A DNA stretch of 64,000 bases from Podarcis melisellensis (taxonomy: Eukaryota), in NCBI GenBank assembly GCA_964234715.1, contig OZ174288.1; one strand, written 5' to 3'. Below the pieces are notes generated by a model that saw nothing but the letters and a program-made list of their open reading frames with translations, was not told where the DNA came from and did no database searches. Positions 37,620 through 59,500 of the stretch are shown here, in pieces; the stretch's first letter is position 1; each line of letters opens with the position of its first letter. The translations under genes were made by a program, and so were the position numbers.

Positions 37620-38930
37620 TGGTTTCTCGGGCTGCGCTTGCTGGGCGGTGTCGGAGCGGTGTCCCAGCCTCTTCAGGGCGCAGCTGGAGTACGGCTTCCA
37701 ACCTTGCTGCTCCAGCCAACCCACCCAAGACGGTTTTTCAGCTGTGGTTGCGCAGGGAGGGTCGCATCTTGGCCTCGCAGCATTACTACTACTACATTTA
37801 TTGCATATTTTTTATTATCCTCCCTCATCTGGCAGGATTGCCCCGGTGTTCTCCACGTGTGGCCCGCTGTGGGGGCGGAGCTTCCCAGCCAAGCTCCAAT
37901 GGGGAGGAAGGGGAGGGGCAGTCGAGCCCCATCCGGGTTCTCAGAGCGACTCCCGTCATCATGGCAACCAGCCCCACCCCCAGAGGTGGGATCACCGGTT
38001 GCCCAGCTCCGTGGATTGGCGGGGAGTTCGCTCCGCCCCTGGGCAGAACCTACTTCTCTACCCGCGCAGAGTCGGCCCGCTCTGAGCTTCCCGGCCTGGC
38101 TGTGGCGCTGAAGTGCGCGCGCACCGCGCAGGCGCCGTTTGGCGGACGGGTCGCGCCGAGGGACAGGCTGCGCCGACGCGCTCCGCTTCCTGCGAGGGAA
38201 AGTCCAGGCTTGAGACAAAAGGGGGGGAGGCGAGTAGGGAACATCCGGGTCATTCGCCGCCGCCGCCGTCGCCTGAATCCGGGACACGCGCGGGAGCTGC
38301 TGCTGCGGCCGCTACACGGTGAGGCCTTTGGCGGGAAGACGCCTAGCAAGAGGCCGCGGGCAGGAGCGGGAAGCGGAGGAGGCGGCGGCGGACTGGGCCT
38401 AGAGGCAGCCCGGAGGCGGAGAGGGAAACGCGCGGCGGAGGCCTCTCAGCCCGCGGAGCGGCCGCCTTCTCGGCCTCCTCCCGGGGCTCCCGCTGGTCCC
38501 TCAAGGTCAGGCCTGGCTGCTCGCGCTCCGCCTCCGGGGCCAGGAGAAGGCCGGGCCGGGCCCATAGCCGTGTTCCGCCGAGGCGGGGCTGGTTGCTCCG
38601 GGGCCGGGCCGGGCCTTCCTGCGGCGGCGGCGGCGATGCTCCTAGGGCTCGCACGGGACTCCTAGGCCGCGGTACTCCTCCGACCTCCTCCCCCCGCCCG
38701 CCCGGTTGTTGGACTTGGGGAGGGAGGAGGCGGCGGCCTGCGGGAAGCAGCAGCAGCAGCGCACGGCGGGAGGGGAGAGGCTCAGGGTCCTGGGATCCTT
38801 CTTTCTCTTCCCCCTCCCCCTCCCGCCTCGTCGGGAAAGCTGACAGTTTCCGGGGCTGCGGCGGCAAAGTCGCCCCAAGACGGTTTTTTGCGGCCCATTC
38901 GGTGGCGGCGATGCGGAAAACTTCAGCTGC
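37620..38930 (+). promoter_or_regulatory. CpG-island promoter and non-coding first exon of UBE2I
   Basis: CpG-rich; CCAAT (~37896), inverted CCAAT/GC box gattggcggg (~38014), candidate exon-1 donor ACG|gtgagg at 38319; the ATG exon has a tandem acceptor cag/aag at 38956-38961. Confidence 0.75.
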
Positions 38931-38935
38931 CCTGA

Positions 38936-43832
<4,897 letters not shown>

Positions 43833-44394
43833 GCTCCTGTCATCCAGCATCTTAAAGGAAGGGATTAATTGGCAAGAACTTGTTTACAAAACTTTTGCAA
43901 ATCTATTGTCACTATGTACAATTAATAGTCACTTAGGGGAGGGGATTGTATGTGTGCCATTTTCCATATTCGCCACTTGTATACAGTTCTAAATTTGCTG
44001 AATTGCCCCCCGTTTTTTCATACAGGGTCTCTTCCTTCAGTCTTTTGTATTTTTGATTGTTATGTAAAACTTGCTTTTATTTTAATATTGATGTCAGTAT
44101 TTCAACTGCTGTAAAACTATAAACTTTTATACTTCTATAAATTCACTAGTATCTCTAGTTTCTTTGCTTTCTGATGCAGGCATGCTTTAAACTGTTTAGA
44201 AGTATATTTTGCCTCTACTTGGCTGTAAGAAGAAAAAGAAAAACATGCCCTCCACCCCCCTTTTTTGATTTCTACCAATAATAAATTAGGTTGTTGTTGC
44301 TTAAAAGCCTCCAGATCCAAAGTCAGCCAGCATCTTGATTCTGCATCACTTCCTTTGTGTTTATGGCGTTTTGTCTGTGTTGCTGTTTAGAGTA

Positions 44395-44400
44395 AATAAA
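44395..44400 (+). terminator. Poly(A) signal of UBE2I
   Basis: AATAAA ~560 nt after the stop, followed by a U-rich downstream tract. Confidence 0.65.
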
Positions 44401-45611
44401 CTTGTTTCTATAAAGCTTTTTTGTCTCGCTTTCTTCCTTTAATATACTTGTCACTTTTGGAGTGACCTCTCCTGTGGGCATTCAATAGCTTTGGGAGAGA
44501 TATCATGCCATGGTCATTCCAGGCAGCAGGAGTTAAAAAAGATCTGTGTGAGATCTTGAAAAGCCACCGGTAGTTGTAGTTCCATGTGACCATACTGCTG
44601 TATTCAAGCATCCAACATACAATAGCGCATCATTTGGCTGCTTGGCTTAATAGGATGAAAGGACAAACTAACCAAAGTTTGGTACATTAGTGTTTATTCC
44701 ACTCCCATGAATATACATGTTGGGGGCAGGGATATGCTTTTCAACACTGCCATATAAGGATTTCCTTCCTTCAAATCAAAGCATCCTTTTAGCTGGCCAA
44801 TAAGAGACTGAAGGGTTGAAAATGCATGTGTCAGACCCAGCAGCTTCATTCTCCTGGTGATATTCTCATTGGCTATTGTCCCAGACCCCACTGGTGACCT
44901 AAGGAAACATCTTTCCTCTTGCCTGTGTAGTTTCATCTTTCCTCTTGCCTGAAAAGTGAGGATTTTTTTTGTATCAAGGCACAAGTGACACAGGTTAAAT
45001 ACTGCAATGGGTTTGGGGTGCTTTTGTAACACTACAATTTCAGCCACCTTTGTTTTGCTACCATCTGATCCCCAAGAGGCAGCTCACTGGAGGGGTGTGT
45101 GTGTGGAGTCCGGCCTTGCTCCAGCAAGGTAGTCCCTTGTGTTCTTCACCCTAAGCAGTATAAGAAGGGTCAGGGTGCCTGCCCATCTCAGCTGGAGCTT
45201 CTCATTCAGCATCTGCATTCCCAGCCACCAGGCCAAAGCCTCTCTTGGGTATCAGGAGAGGTACTGAATTGAGAGGTGGAGGCGTTACTTTCAGAGAACC
45301 TCACCCAGTTTATTTCCTTCCAATATCACAACATATTCTACTAGTAGAAACTAGCTGAAATGGTGATTTAAAAGCGTGCCACAGTTGCAGTGTATGGCCA
45401 CTACAGCAGAAGAGAGACGGTGAGGCCCCATTTGCTAGCAGTAAGTGGGGACTGCTATCCACAGAAGAAGGTTCTCAACCAACCCTGTATATCTTCTTAA
45501 CCCACTGGACTCACCAGAGCAAAGTGCAGTCAAGCCCAATCCTAGACAGGCTTTATTTAAAAGCAAACCCCATCACTGAGTTCAATGGGACTTACTTCCT
45601 TGTAAGAATGC

Positions 45612-48600
45612 TCAGGATTGGAACCTTGGTTTGTTTTTAGTTTTCTCCCACACAGCTGGCTTGCTGTGTGCAGCACATGTTGCATTCAGGTCCTCTGAGC
45701 TGCTACTCTTTCCAGCATCCTCCTCCTCCTCCTCATCCGATGTTTCTTCATCGGAACTTTCATCACCAGCAGTTATTCTATGAATGGAGATCAGTGTAAT
45801 ACAAACCAAGAAGGAAAAGGAAAATGAGACTACTGCTACGTCAACTCAGAAGTAAGCCCCACTAAATGGACTTGTTCCCTGGTGGGTTTAGGATTGCAAA
45901 CCTGAAGATCTTACCCTGAAGTTCTGGCAGGCCTGTTGGGATTAAAAAACTCTTTTCCAGAGTCAATATCAAAGGGGTCTGTGGAGAGAAAAAAACAGGA
46001 TGGTAAGCTATTGTTCCAAGTTTTTTCTTCTCTAGAACCATATGCATGCAGTTACATCCCATCTTTCAGAATGCAAATCATTCCAAGATGACTTAAAAGT
46101 AAAATCAATATACAATAATGTACCAGTACAATGCCAATAGTAATTGCCACAGGCAGTTGATGGTAGATAACTTGGGAGCATGGGGTTGGTTTGTTAGTCC
46201 AGCTGGTGTGGTCTCTGAGGGCAGGGGAGATGGCAGAGACTTTATATTGACAATAATTACTGCATCAGAGAAGACCAATATCACTGGCTGACAGTGAGCT
46301 ACTAGGCTTAACTCAAGGTGTTAGTGTTGCCATAACAAAGCTCTAAATGTTGAGTTGAGGTGATTTAATACTTGTATTTCACTTTTCCAACAACAAATGT
46401 TGAACCATTGTTTTCTGATTATGTTGAGGGGGTTTATGGGATTTTGGAGCAGTATTTTGTATATTGTAGCCCTTTGTTGTTAGGAGGAGGTTTTTGAAGG
46501 CTGTCAAGGGCCTAGTTGCTGCTCATTTTACTACTGGATTATTTAAAAGGGCATGTACTTGGTGGTGTGTTAGCCCAGGGCATTTCGGTGTCCCCTAGTT
46601 TGTCTTGTATTTCTTGCGTTGATATGGGTTTGTTATTTTTGTAGAAGTCTGCTGGGCGGTATAAGCCTTTGGCTTCTCAGGTTTTTATCTAGAGGTTTTG
46701 TGCTGCGTGGTGCATTAGTGGATGGTGTGCCCACTATGGGGGATTAGTGGGGATGGGTTTGAGGACAGTTTACTTCCTTCTTCCTTCCATGCTTTAAGCA
46801 TGGTCTGTGTGAACCTGTTTAGTGTTGTGGGGATTTTCCTTAGTTTTTTGGGGAGGAATGGGTAAGCTGTGGTGAAGCTATTTTCAATTATGTCTCTCTC
46901 CAGGTGTACTCATTGTTTTGTCTTGTCTTCTAGAATGTATGGGATTATGTGGGGCACTTTGTTGGTGATGTAGTATAGTTCTATGCTGGGGATTCCCCAC
47001 GCTCCTAGGGGGCACCCAAGTTATGTGGCTGACTGATCCTATATGTTCATCCCAGAAGAATGGAGCAGCTTTCTGACTAAGCACCACTTGATTTCCTGAC
47101 CATGGAGGTGCGGGGGAGACAAGGGCAATGTCAAAGCATTGTTTAAGAAGACTCAAAGGTCCTCAGAAGTAAAAGTCAGTAGGTTCTTACCTATTTCTTC
47201 TTTTTCTTTTTCTTGGGCATGAGTCAGAAACTCTTGTTCAACTTTCAGTACTTCCTGTTCACAATTACAGGCTGCATATTTCTCCAGGAGGTCTTTATTC
47301 AAATCAAGGAACACTTTTCCCCATTTAAATTTTTGTAAGAGGATTGTGGCAAGATCAGAGAATCCTAAAATAAAGACAAGAAAGTCTGCATTTTAAAAAA
47401 AATTACACGGTACTTTGCAGGCGAAGAAGCTGTCCAGCCCCATACCTCCTAGTTGCTCGTGACATTCTGAAATAAATAAGTTTTTATCTATCTATCTACT
47501 TCATTGGCATAAAAAGTGCACCGTATACATGGATCAAAATACAACACAGTTAATGAAACATATTAAGAGGTACTTTAGGATAAAACTGTCCAGACATTGT
47601 GAGGTACGTTAAGACCCATGGGGACAATTTTATAGCATCACTCAGAAATCTTGCCACATTCTCCAATTAATCAGTTAGTTGGGACAGAGGCAGGTAGCTC
47701 AAAATAAAGACAGAAGTCCCTCTTAAAAAGTAATTGAACAATGTGTACATTCACATACACCTTGCTGTAAGCCTATAGCAGTGCTCAAAAGAAGGGAGGG
47801 AATGTGGAGAGAACAGACCCCAGATTCCTCAGCAGATGCCACAGACCCCCCAGAACATTTTCAAACTTGCCCCAGTCATCAAGGAAATATGTTTGACACT
47901 AAGGCGTGGCTGCACACAGATAGGCATGTATTCATATAGTCCACTGTACAGCAAAGAATTAGTCCTACAAGCTTTTCTTCCAGCCTCACCCACAATGTAG
48001 AAAGTAGCTGCAAATGCTTCCACACAGGAGAGTTTGCATGGCCGGCCGTAGTTCACTGGATTTGCAGCCACCAGAAAGGGCAGCAGGCGGAGATGGCTTC
48101 CCTTCATCTTGGCAAACGGTGTCTCATCCAGCTTTGCCCAAGAGCAGTCAATAACCGCAATTCCATTCTGAGCCACAATCTGTCTAAAAACACAGCAACA
48201 GCAATTTCAAACCAGGATGTTGCTGGTTTCTTGCTCCACTAGAGCTGCTTTGGGATCCAGTTAGGATAGCAGATATGAGTTGCTCAAGACCGCCAAGCCA
48301 GACTTCTCATGCTAAGACACTGGATGTGGCCAAATCTGAACAAATCTGAATAACCAAGGACTCAGCAACATTACATTGATCCTAAGGTGTGAAGTTTCAT
48401 CAGCTCACTAGCTTGTGGAAGCATCCACTTGAACAAAGCCCAAAAAGAACACTGGCTGGGAACACACCTCAACCCTGAAGTATCAGTCTTACAGGCTCCA
48501 CATACTGGCCCTACACATGAGCACTAAGAAGAAAGCAGCCCTGTAGCTGGACCAGCCTGTTCTTAGAGATGCCTGAGGGAAGCCTGCAAGCAGGGCATGA

Positions 48601-49826
48601 ACACAACAGCACTCATTCAGAGGCAGCAATGGAGACAGAACAAAACAATTATGGCTAGAAGCCACTGATAGGCTTGTCATGAATCTGTCTAATCCTCAGT
48701 GAAAAGTTGATGGCTATCACTGCCTCTCAGCAAGTTCCAGAGTTTATTACCAGCTGTGTGAAGAGCTGCTTTTTTTTGTCTGCCAAAATTACCATTGAGT
48801 GGCCCTGAGGTATAGCATGATTAAAGGTCCTGCCTTTTCCCCTCCACCGGGCAGAAACCCTCTTCCTGTCTTTGCTGGCTTCCCCTTTCCTCTAGATGCC
48901 TGTAAATACAATCTGGCAAGTATCTAAAAAGGAAGTATTATTGATATTAATACATGTTCCATATTTTCTTTTAACACTATCAACATGCGTAAGAGATTCA
49001 GGAACTAAGTATTTACCATCTCAAAGGAATGGCCAGGCTACCCAGAAAAGGCAATCATATAAAGCATTATCATGTATCCTGGCTGAGGGCCATCTCTTTC
49101 TGTGATGTATGCATGATGTTTTGGGGGGTGGTCTTGAGCTACAGGGTAGGCAATTTCAAAAGTCTATATAACTGCTTGCACACCAATGTTCTGGGTTCCT
49201 CCTCCCTCCTGCATGTGGTGAGTGAGCACCCTGTTGCAACAGTTTAATAAAGATCAGGCTTACTAGCTGCTTTGCTTCTCAATATTCTCTGGTTGGCCTC
49301 TGTTATTTTCTCCTACCGATAGAGAACCTACATAAGGACTCTGTACGGGCTCTTGGATACGCCATCAGGGAAAAGGGAGCAGATTTTTCTTCTAACACCT
49401 TCCTAGCTCCGCCGGCTCCGCTCACCTGTCTGCGGGGGAGACAAAGCGGGTGGCGGCGGGGCTGAGGATGACGCCTCCGAAGCGCTGCCCCAGGCGCAGC
49501 GTCCGCACCAGCCCCTTCCTCGCCAGCCGCCGCCCCGTGCAGCGCCGCGGGTCGCAGTGCCCCAAGTCCCACATGGCCAGCGGGGGAGAAGGCGAGGCCC
49601 GGACCTCGCCGCTACCCGGCTCCGGCTCTGGCTCGGACGACCCCGCCGCCGCGCCCTTGACGGGGGAGGAGGAAGAGTGGCCGCGGAGCGGGTCCCCGCC
49701 CAAGATGGGGCCGGAGTCGCCGCCGGGGCCTTCCTCATCCTCCGCCTCCGCGAAGGCCTCGAGAGGGGGTCCCGGCCGGGGCTGCCGCTGCCGCCGTTGC
49801 TGCTGCTGCTGCCGCTTCCGCCCCAT
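45612..49826 (-). CDS. TSR3: 18S rRNA aminocarboxypropyltransferase TSR3, 332 aa
   Basis: Exons 49826-49426, 48183-47990, 47364-47191, 45978-45915, 45777-45612 (999 nt). [19 protein letters not shown]...SPADR...DCSWAKL...[26 protein letters not shown]...[11 protein letters not shown]...DPFDIDSG, then an acidic tail. Confidence 0.96.
46400..46893 (-). mobile_element. Degenerate L1/Tx1-like LINE ORF2 fragment in TSR3 intron 3
   Basis: Strong strand skew (A/C-rich on minus) and broken reading frames such as [13 protein letters not shown] and [28 protein letters not shown], reminiscent of the post-RT region of L1-type ORF2. The family call is tentative. Confidence 0.5.
48901..49397 (+). mobile_element. 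Probable solo LTR in TSR3 intron 1
   Basis: TATATAA 49165-49171, AATAAA 49246-49251, 3' end ...tctaaCA at 49397 with an abrupt switch to CpG-island sequence. The 5' boundary is uncertain (48901 or ~48988) and no clean TSD was found. Confidence 0.6.
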
Positions 49827-49927
49827 CTCCTCGTGGACCAAGGGGAGAAGAGGCGGGTAGAGCGGCTCCCGGACGCCCCGGAAGAGCAACCCCTGCAGGC
49901 GCTTCCGGGTCTCGCCGGAGACCGAAG

Positions 49928-49935
<8 letters not shown>
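49827..49935. promoter_or_regulatory. Bidirectional TSR3/GNPTG promoter
   Basis: Only 101 nt between the divergent ATGs; oppositely oriented ETS/GABPA motifs ccggaag (49878) and cttccgg (49902); YY1 motif aagatggcggc over the GNPTG ATG. Confidence 0.85.
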
Positions 49936-55264
<5,329 letters not shown>

Positions 55265-55722
55265 GGAAAAATCCCCCTGGACAACTTGCTCAGCATTTGG
55301 GGTTTTCAAGCAATTAGAATTTAATCCACATTGTGTGGTTGTACTTGGGTTATGGAACCTGTGACCCCTCAGATGAGGCTGGAGTATAGCTTCCATCTTT
55401 CAGCATAGGCCACGCTAACTGGACCTGAAGGGAGCTGGGATTGAACAAGAAGCATATGGAAAGTCACAGGTTTCCTATCCCTCTTCTGTACCCCACAGGG
55501 AAGAGCAGAAACTGTTAAATATAGGACAGTCTTTTCAGCAGGCCGGTATCTGGTAGGAGCCTCTGCTGCCAACTCAGGACTCTCTTTTGGAGTGAAGGCA
55601 AGTTGAAGTTGTGGCAGCCTTTTTGAGCTTTGTGTCTTATTGCTTCGTAACAGAGAATACCACAAGTGAGGGCAGCAGTCTTGTGTACTGTGTGGTGTCT
55701 TGGGCCAGAAGAGGATCCATCC

Positions 55723-55750
55723 AATAAATTCCAGTCCTTAGAATTTTATT
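55723..55750. terminator. Convergent poly(A) signals: GNPTG (+, 55723-55728) and IQGAP1 (-, 55750-55745)
   Basis: AATAAA on + and TTTATT (AATAAA on -) 16 nt apart, between the two stop codons. Confidence 0.7.
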
Positions 55751-56531
55751 TAACAAAAGTGCACAGTGACCACAGTATAGGCGGAGGGACCCAATACAGG
55801 ATTTATCCCAAAGGAACATTACAAATGACCAGTCAGTGTTGCAGGCATACACTATGAAGAAAACTTCAAGCAGAACTAGCCCCCTATGCTTAATTTTACT
55901 CCTATTAATTCAGCAGGCCCCTCCACTGCTTTATGATATATTTCTGATGGTTTCTACTAGGCTGCTAAGGCAAGAAACTGAACATACTTGATTTCTGCCG
56001 CCGCTTTCATTCATTTCAGAGGGACACTGAGCACGGAGACTGCTGCTCCATAGGCCAGATCTGTTTATCCACCTTGACGAGGCTCAAAATTGCCCATCTT
56101 GCCTTCCTACCAAGAATCACCTACTTGATCACATGAGATGGCTCACAGCCAGATCAGAAGTGGCTCCAGCTGCTGTCTTGGTGGTTTGGTCACCTTAGTA
56201 GCCGCCATAATGCTATAGGAATATCAAACTACACTACAATAGATTGTGGGGGTAGAAGATGAGGGAAAGTCCAAGTCTTGGACTAAACACCCCCAAAGAC
56301 AACAAACAAACCACTCAGGCTAATAATGGTTTAATTCTGGGTGTTGAGTACATGGGAAACAATATGCAGGAGGCGGTGCAGCCATACGTCAGGATGGGTG
56401 CAAAGATCTGGAGCCAGCCGAGGTTGGCAATGTGGGAAGAGAGCTGCTTGTTTTGGGAGCCTCTGGTGGGTGAAGCAGCTCACAGAAAGAAACTCATAGC
56501 TCCTTTTCCACAGACTTCCAAGTAACAAGAG

Positions 56532-59500
56532 TTACTTCCCATAGAACTTCTTGTTTAGGAGAAAAATGAGGAGATTGACATTCACTTTTGCTCGGTCAAA
56601 CAACTTCATGACAGCCACACCTTCATACTGGAGCTGCAACAGATCCTGTGGGAGCCAGAGGAGGGGCGGGGAGAGAAAGAGAGAGAATAAATTCTCAGGT
56701 GCGGCTCCTAGGACACACCTGGTCAGCGTACAGAGGCTTGGCCTGTAGCGTTCATACATCTTGCCCACTTTGCACCTCTGAGATGGGCAAATCATACCCA
56801 GCAGTCATTTCTCAAGTAACACATGCCATCATTTTTTTGTGATGCTCAGCGGAAGCTATCAAGCTGCTATAGTGAAGGGTTCTCTGTTTTGCACAGGGTG
56901 GGAAGGAACCCTATTCCATGCATTGATACTTCTCCAAAACTGATTTCCTCACTGGTAAAAGCATGGATGACATCCCTGTTGGACATTCTAATTTTGTTTT
57001 CAGTAATTTAAGTGCACATTTTTCTTTAATGCTGCCAAATAAGAAAAAAAAAATGGTTTTCCCATGTAAGAATGTACACATGCCATTTTGCAGAAATAAA
57101 TTATTCTGGAAATGCCTCTGCACTGACTCTTCAACTCATTTCCAAGAAATGAGGATGGAGCACACAGGAAGGACTGTGAATGTTGCATTTGGCAGCCGAT
57201 GGAAAGAGAACAGCAAGCCATGTTATGCCCCAGCAATTATACCCCAGCTGCTTGATGCTTGCATACTTTCTGATAGCAGGTTAAATAGAATATAAGTTGG
57301 CAGTGAATAGATTAAGCTTTAGGAGTTATTTTTCATATGCAAGTTATATGCATTTGCACCGTCCACTTTGCTCCCCGCCCCCCATATGCTCCCCTAAGAT
57401 TATTTCAGCACATTAAAAAAGCTCTAAGAACCAAATTGGGCAAAAAAGATGAAAATAATAACTAAACTCTTACTCCAATCTAGGATCAATAATTGATAAT
57501 AGGACTATTCCTTAGAATCACTGCTGGAGATCTCCTAGCTCACTAATTAGGCCAAGAGGGGAAAAGAGGAGGAATGAACTATTAAAAAAAATATATGCTA
57601 TAGCTCAGGCACTGGGCATGGCAGGCCTGGAGGGTGGGAAGGAGGCCTCTGTGCCCTCCAGGAACAAGTCTGGAAGACACCATCTCCTGATCAAGGAGAA
57701 GCCTATTCTCAAACCGTTTTGCAATTCCACCTGTATCGGGTGTGTGGGTGTGTGTGAAAAGGCATTTTTTCAGAAAACTGAAGCAGCCACAAAGCTGCTA
57801 CATTATCTGGTGCAAACAGGCAACAAACCTCCCCACCACCACCCTCCCGGGGCAGGGGGAGTGGAGAGTCATTTTTAAAATCCATCTATTTATGTAAAAC
57901 TGCTAGCACATTTAAAAACATCTGTCTTTGATAAATATACTTTTCATTATGGTCTGCAGCTGGATATTATTATTATACAATCCAACTCCAGCATCACCTA
58001 GGGCCCACTGGATCCCTCCCCTCGGAGTCTAAACACACAAGCACAGCCAGTCTCTGCCTGATTTATTCTGGAGAAGATAGGCTAACATTTTGTTCAGTTA
58101 GTTCCCCAGCTTTCACTTTCTGCTTCCTTTGAAGAAGTGTGCTCCTTAATCTACCGGTAATTTAGATAAACCTGGAATGCAGTCTAGGAGAATAGGTCAT
58201 CATGATTTATTGTTAAATATCTAATATCATCCTCTCCTTCCCCATGACAGTTTGGAGACCCTGAACGAAGTCCCCTGATGCAAACTCAGTATAAGGGTGG
58301 ACTGTACAGACAACATCAAGATCCATACCTGATAATGTAGAATGAACGTCTCCATCTGTACACCCATGAACTTTGCTTTTACCTCAAAGTCTCCGACTTC
58401 TTCCGTTGGGCTAATTTCAAATATCACATTTTTGAATCTATACAGTTTGGGGACAAAAAATATGCTTATTGTTTTAATGTGCCATTGGGAGTTGAAGTGA
58501 AGAATAAAGGGTTATTGGATAGGAATTAAGTACTTGCACTAGAGAGCTTCAGTGTGGATTTCAGACTGGAAGAACCGAAAGCAATTGTATTTCTAGGTAA
58601 AATGAGTCCCTTACTTGACCTGTCAGTCACAACGGACTGTTTCCTTCCTCTCCCTTACCCCATCATTCCATTCTGGCATTGCCATGTCTGGGGAGCTTAG
58701 AGATTACTTTCAGTTTTATAAGACACTTGCAAGCAAGCACTGTTTTTGATGTCTAGTCCACAGAAGCACCATGAAGTGCTTCAGAGGTCTTCTACAGCTC
58801 CCACTTTGCCTCTGACAAGCCAAAAGTCCTTCTTGGGAGCCCTACTTGGCCTCAGAATTAGTCTAAATCTGATGCACATTGCTAGCAAATAGTTACACAC
58901 AAACCCCCTAATCCATGAAAATGTTCCTTCCCAATTTTATCCCGGAATGCTGCTGACTGGGTGAGACTTGCCTCTGTGCATGCTGCTGTGATAAATGACA
59001 TACTCACTGGCTGGCTTGCAGATCTTCAATTTCCAACAGGACTCCCTTTTCATGGAGCCGGGCTGCTGTGTATTTCAGGGAGATCTTTTTGCTCTTCTTT
59101 CCCTTCATCTCCCGTGGTTTTTTGGAAACCCTGAGGAAAAGAAGGACGGGCACCTCACTGAGAGGCATTCTCCCATTTGTAGGATTTGAGGTCTGACTTG
59201 ACAAGCATTGAGGCTAACAAAGACTTGACCCAGGCACTGGGTTTTTGCCTCTCCCTCCCCACCTGGGGGGTGGAAATAACTCCCTCTGACTCCTGCTCTT
59301 CCTGCAAGCAGCTCTTTGAGAGCTAACCCCCCTTGCTCTTACGCTCTTTGTCAAGTCACCATTTCCCTTCTCTCATCACCTGGCAATCCCCCCTCTCCAT
59401 TTTTTTGTTTTCATGTCAAGAGGTTTCCCAAGGACCCAGGGTACACCCACCCAACCCCACGCCTCCGGGGGCTGCCACTCACTTGCCCTTGCTGGCCAAG

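Noticed and set aside
37526-38665. 379-aa ORF (and overlapping 150-217 aa ORFs) upstream of UBE2I
   Set aside because: It lies in a GC-rich CpG island where stop codons are scarce, is low-complexity (Arg/Gly/Ala/Pro), has no recognisable domain and has a non-ATG start.
46280-46893. Possible mitochondrial insertion (NUMT), suggested by strand skew
   Set aside because: No recognisable mitochondrial gene, rRNA or tRNA motif; the broken frames look more like L1-type ORF2.
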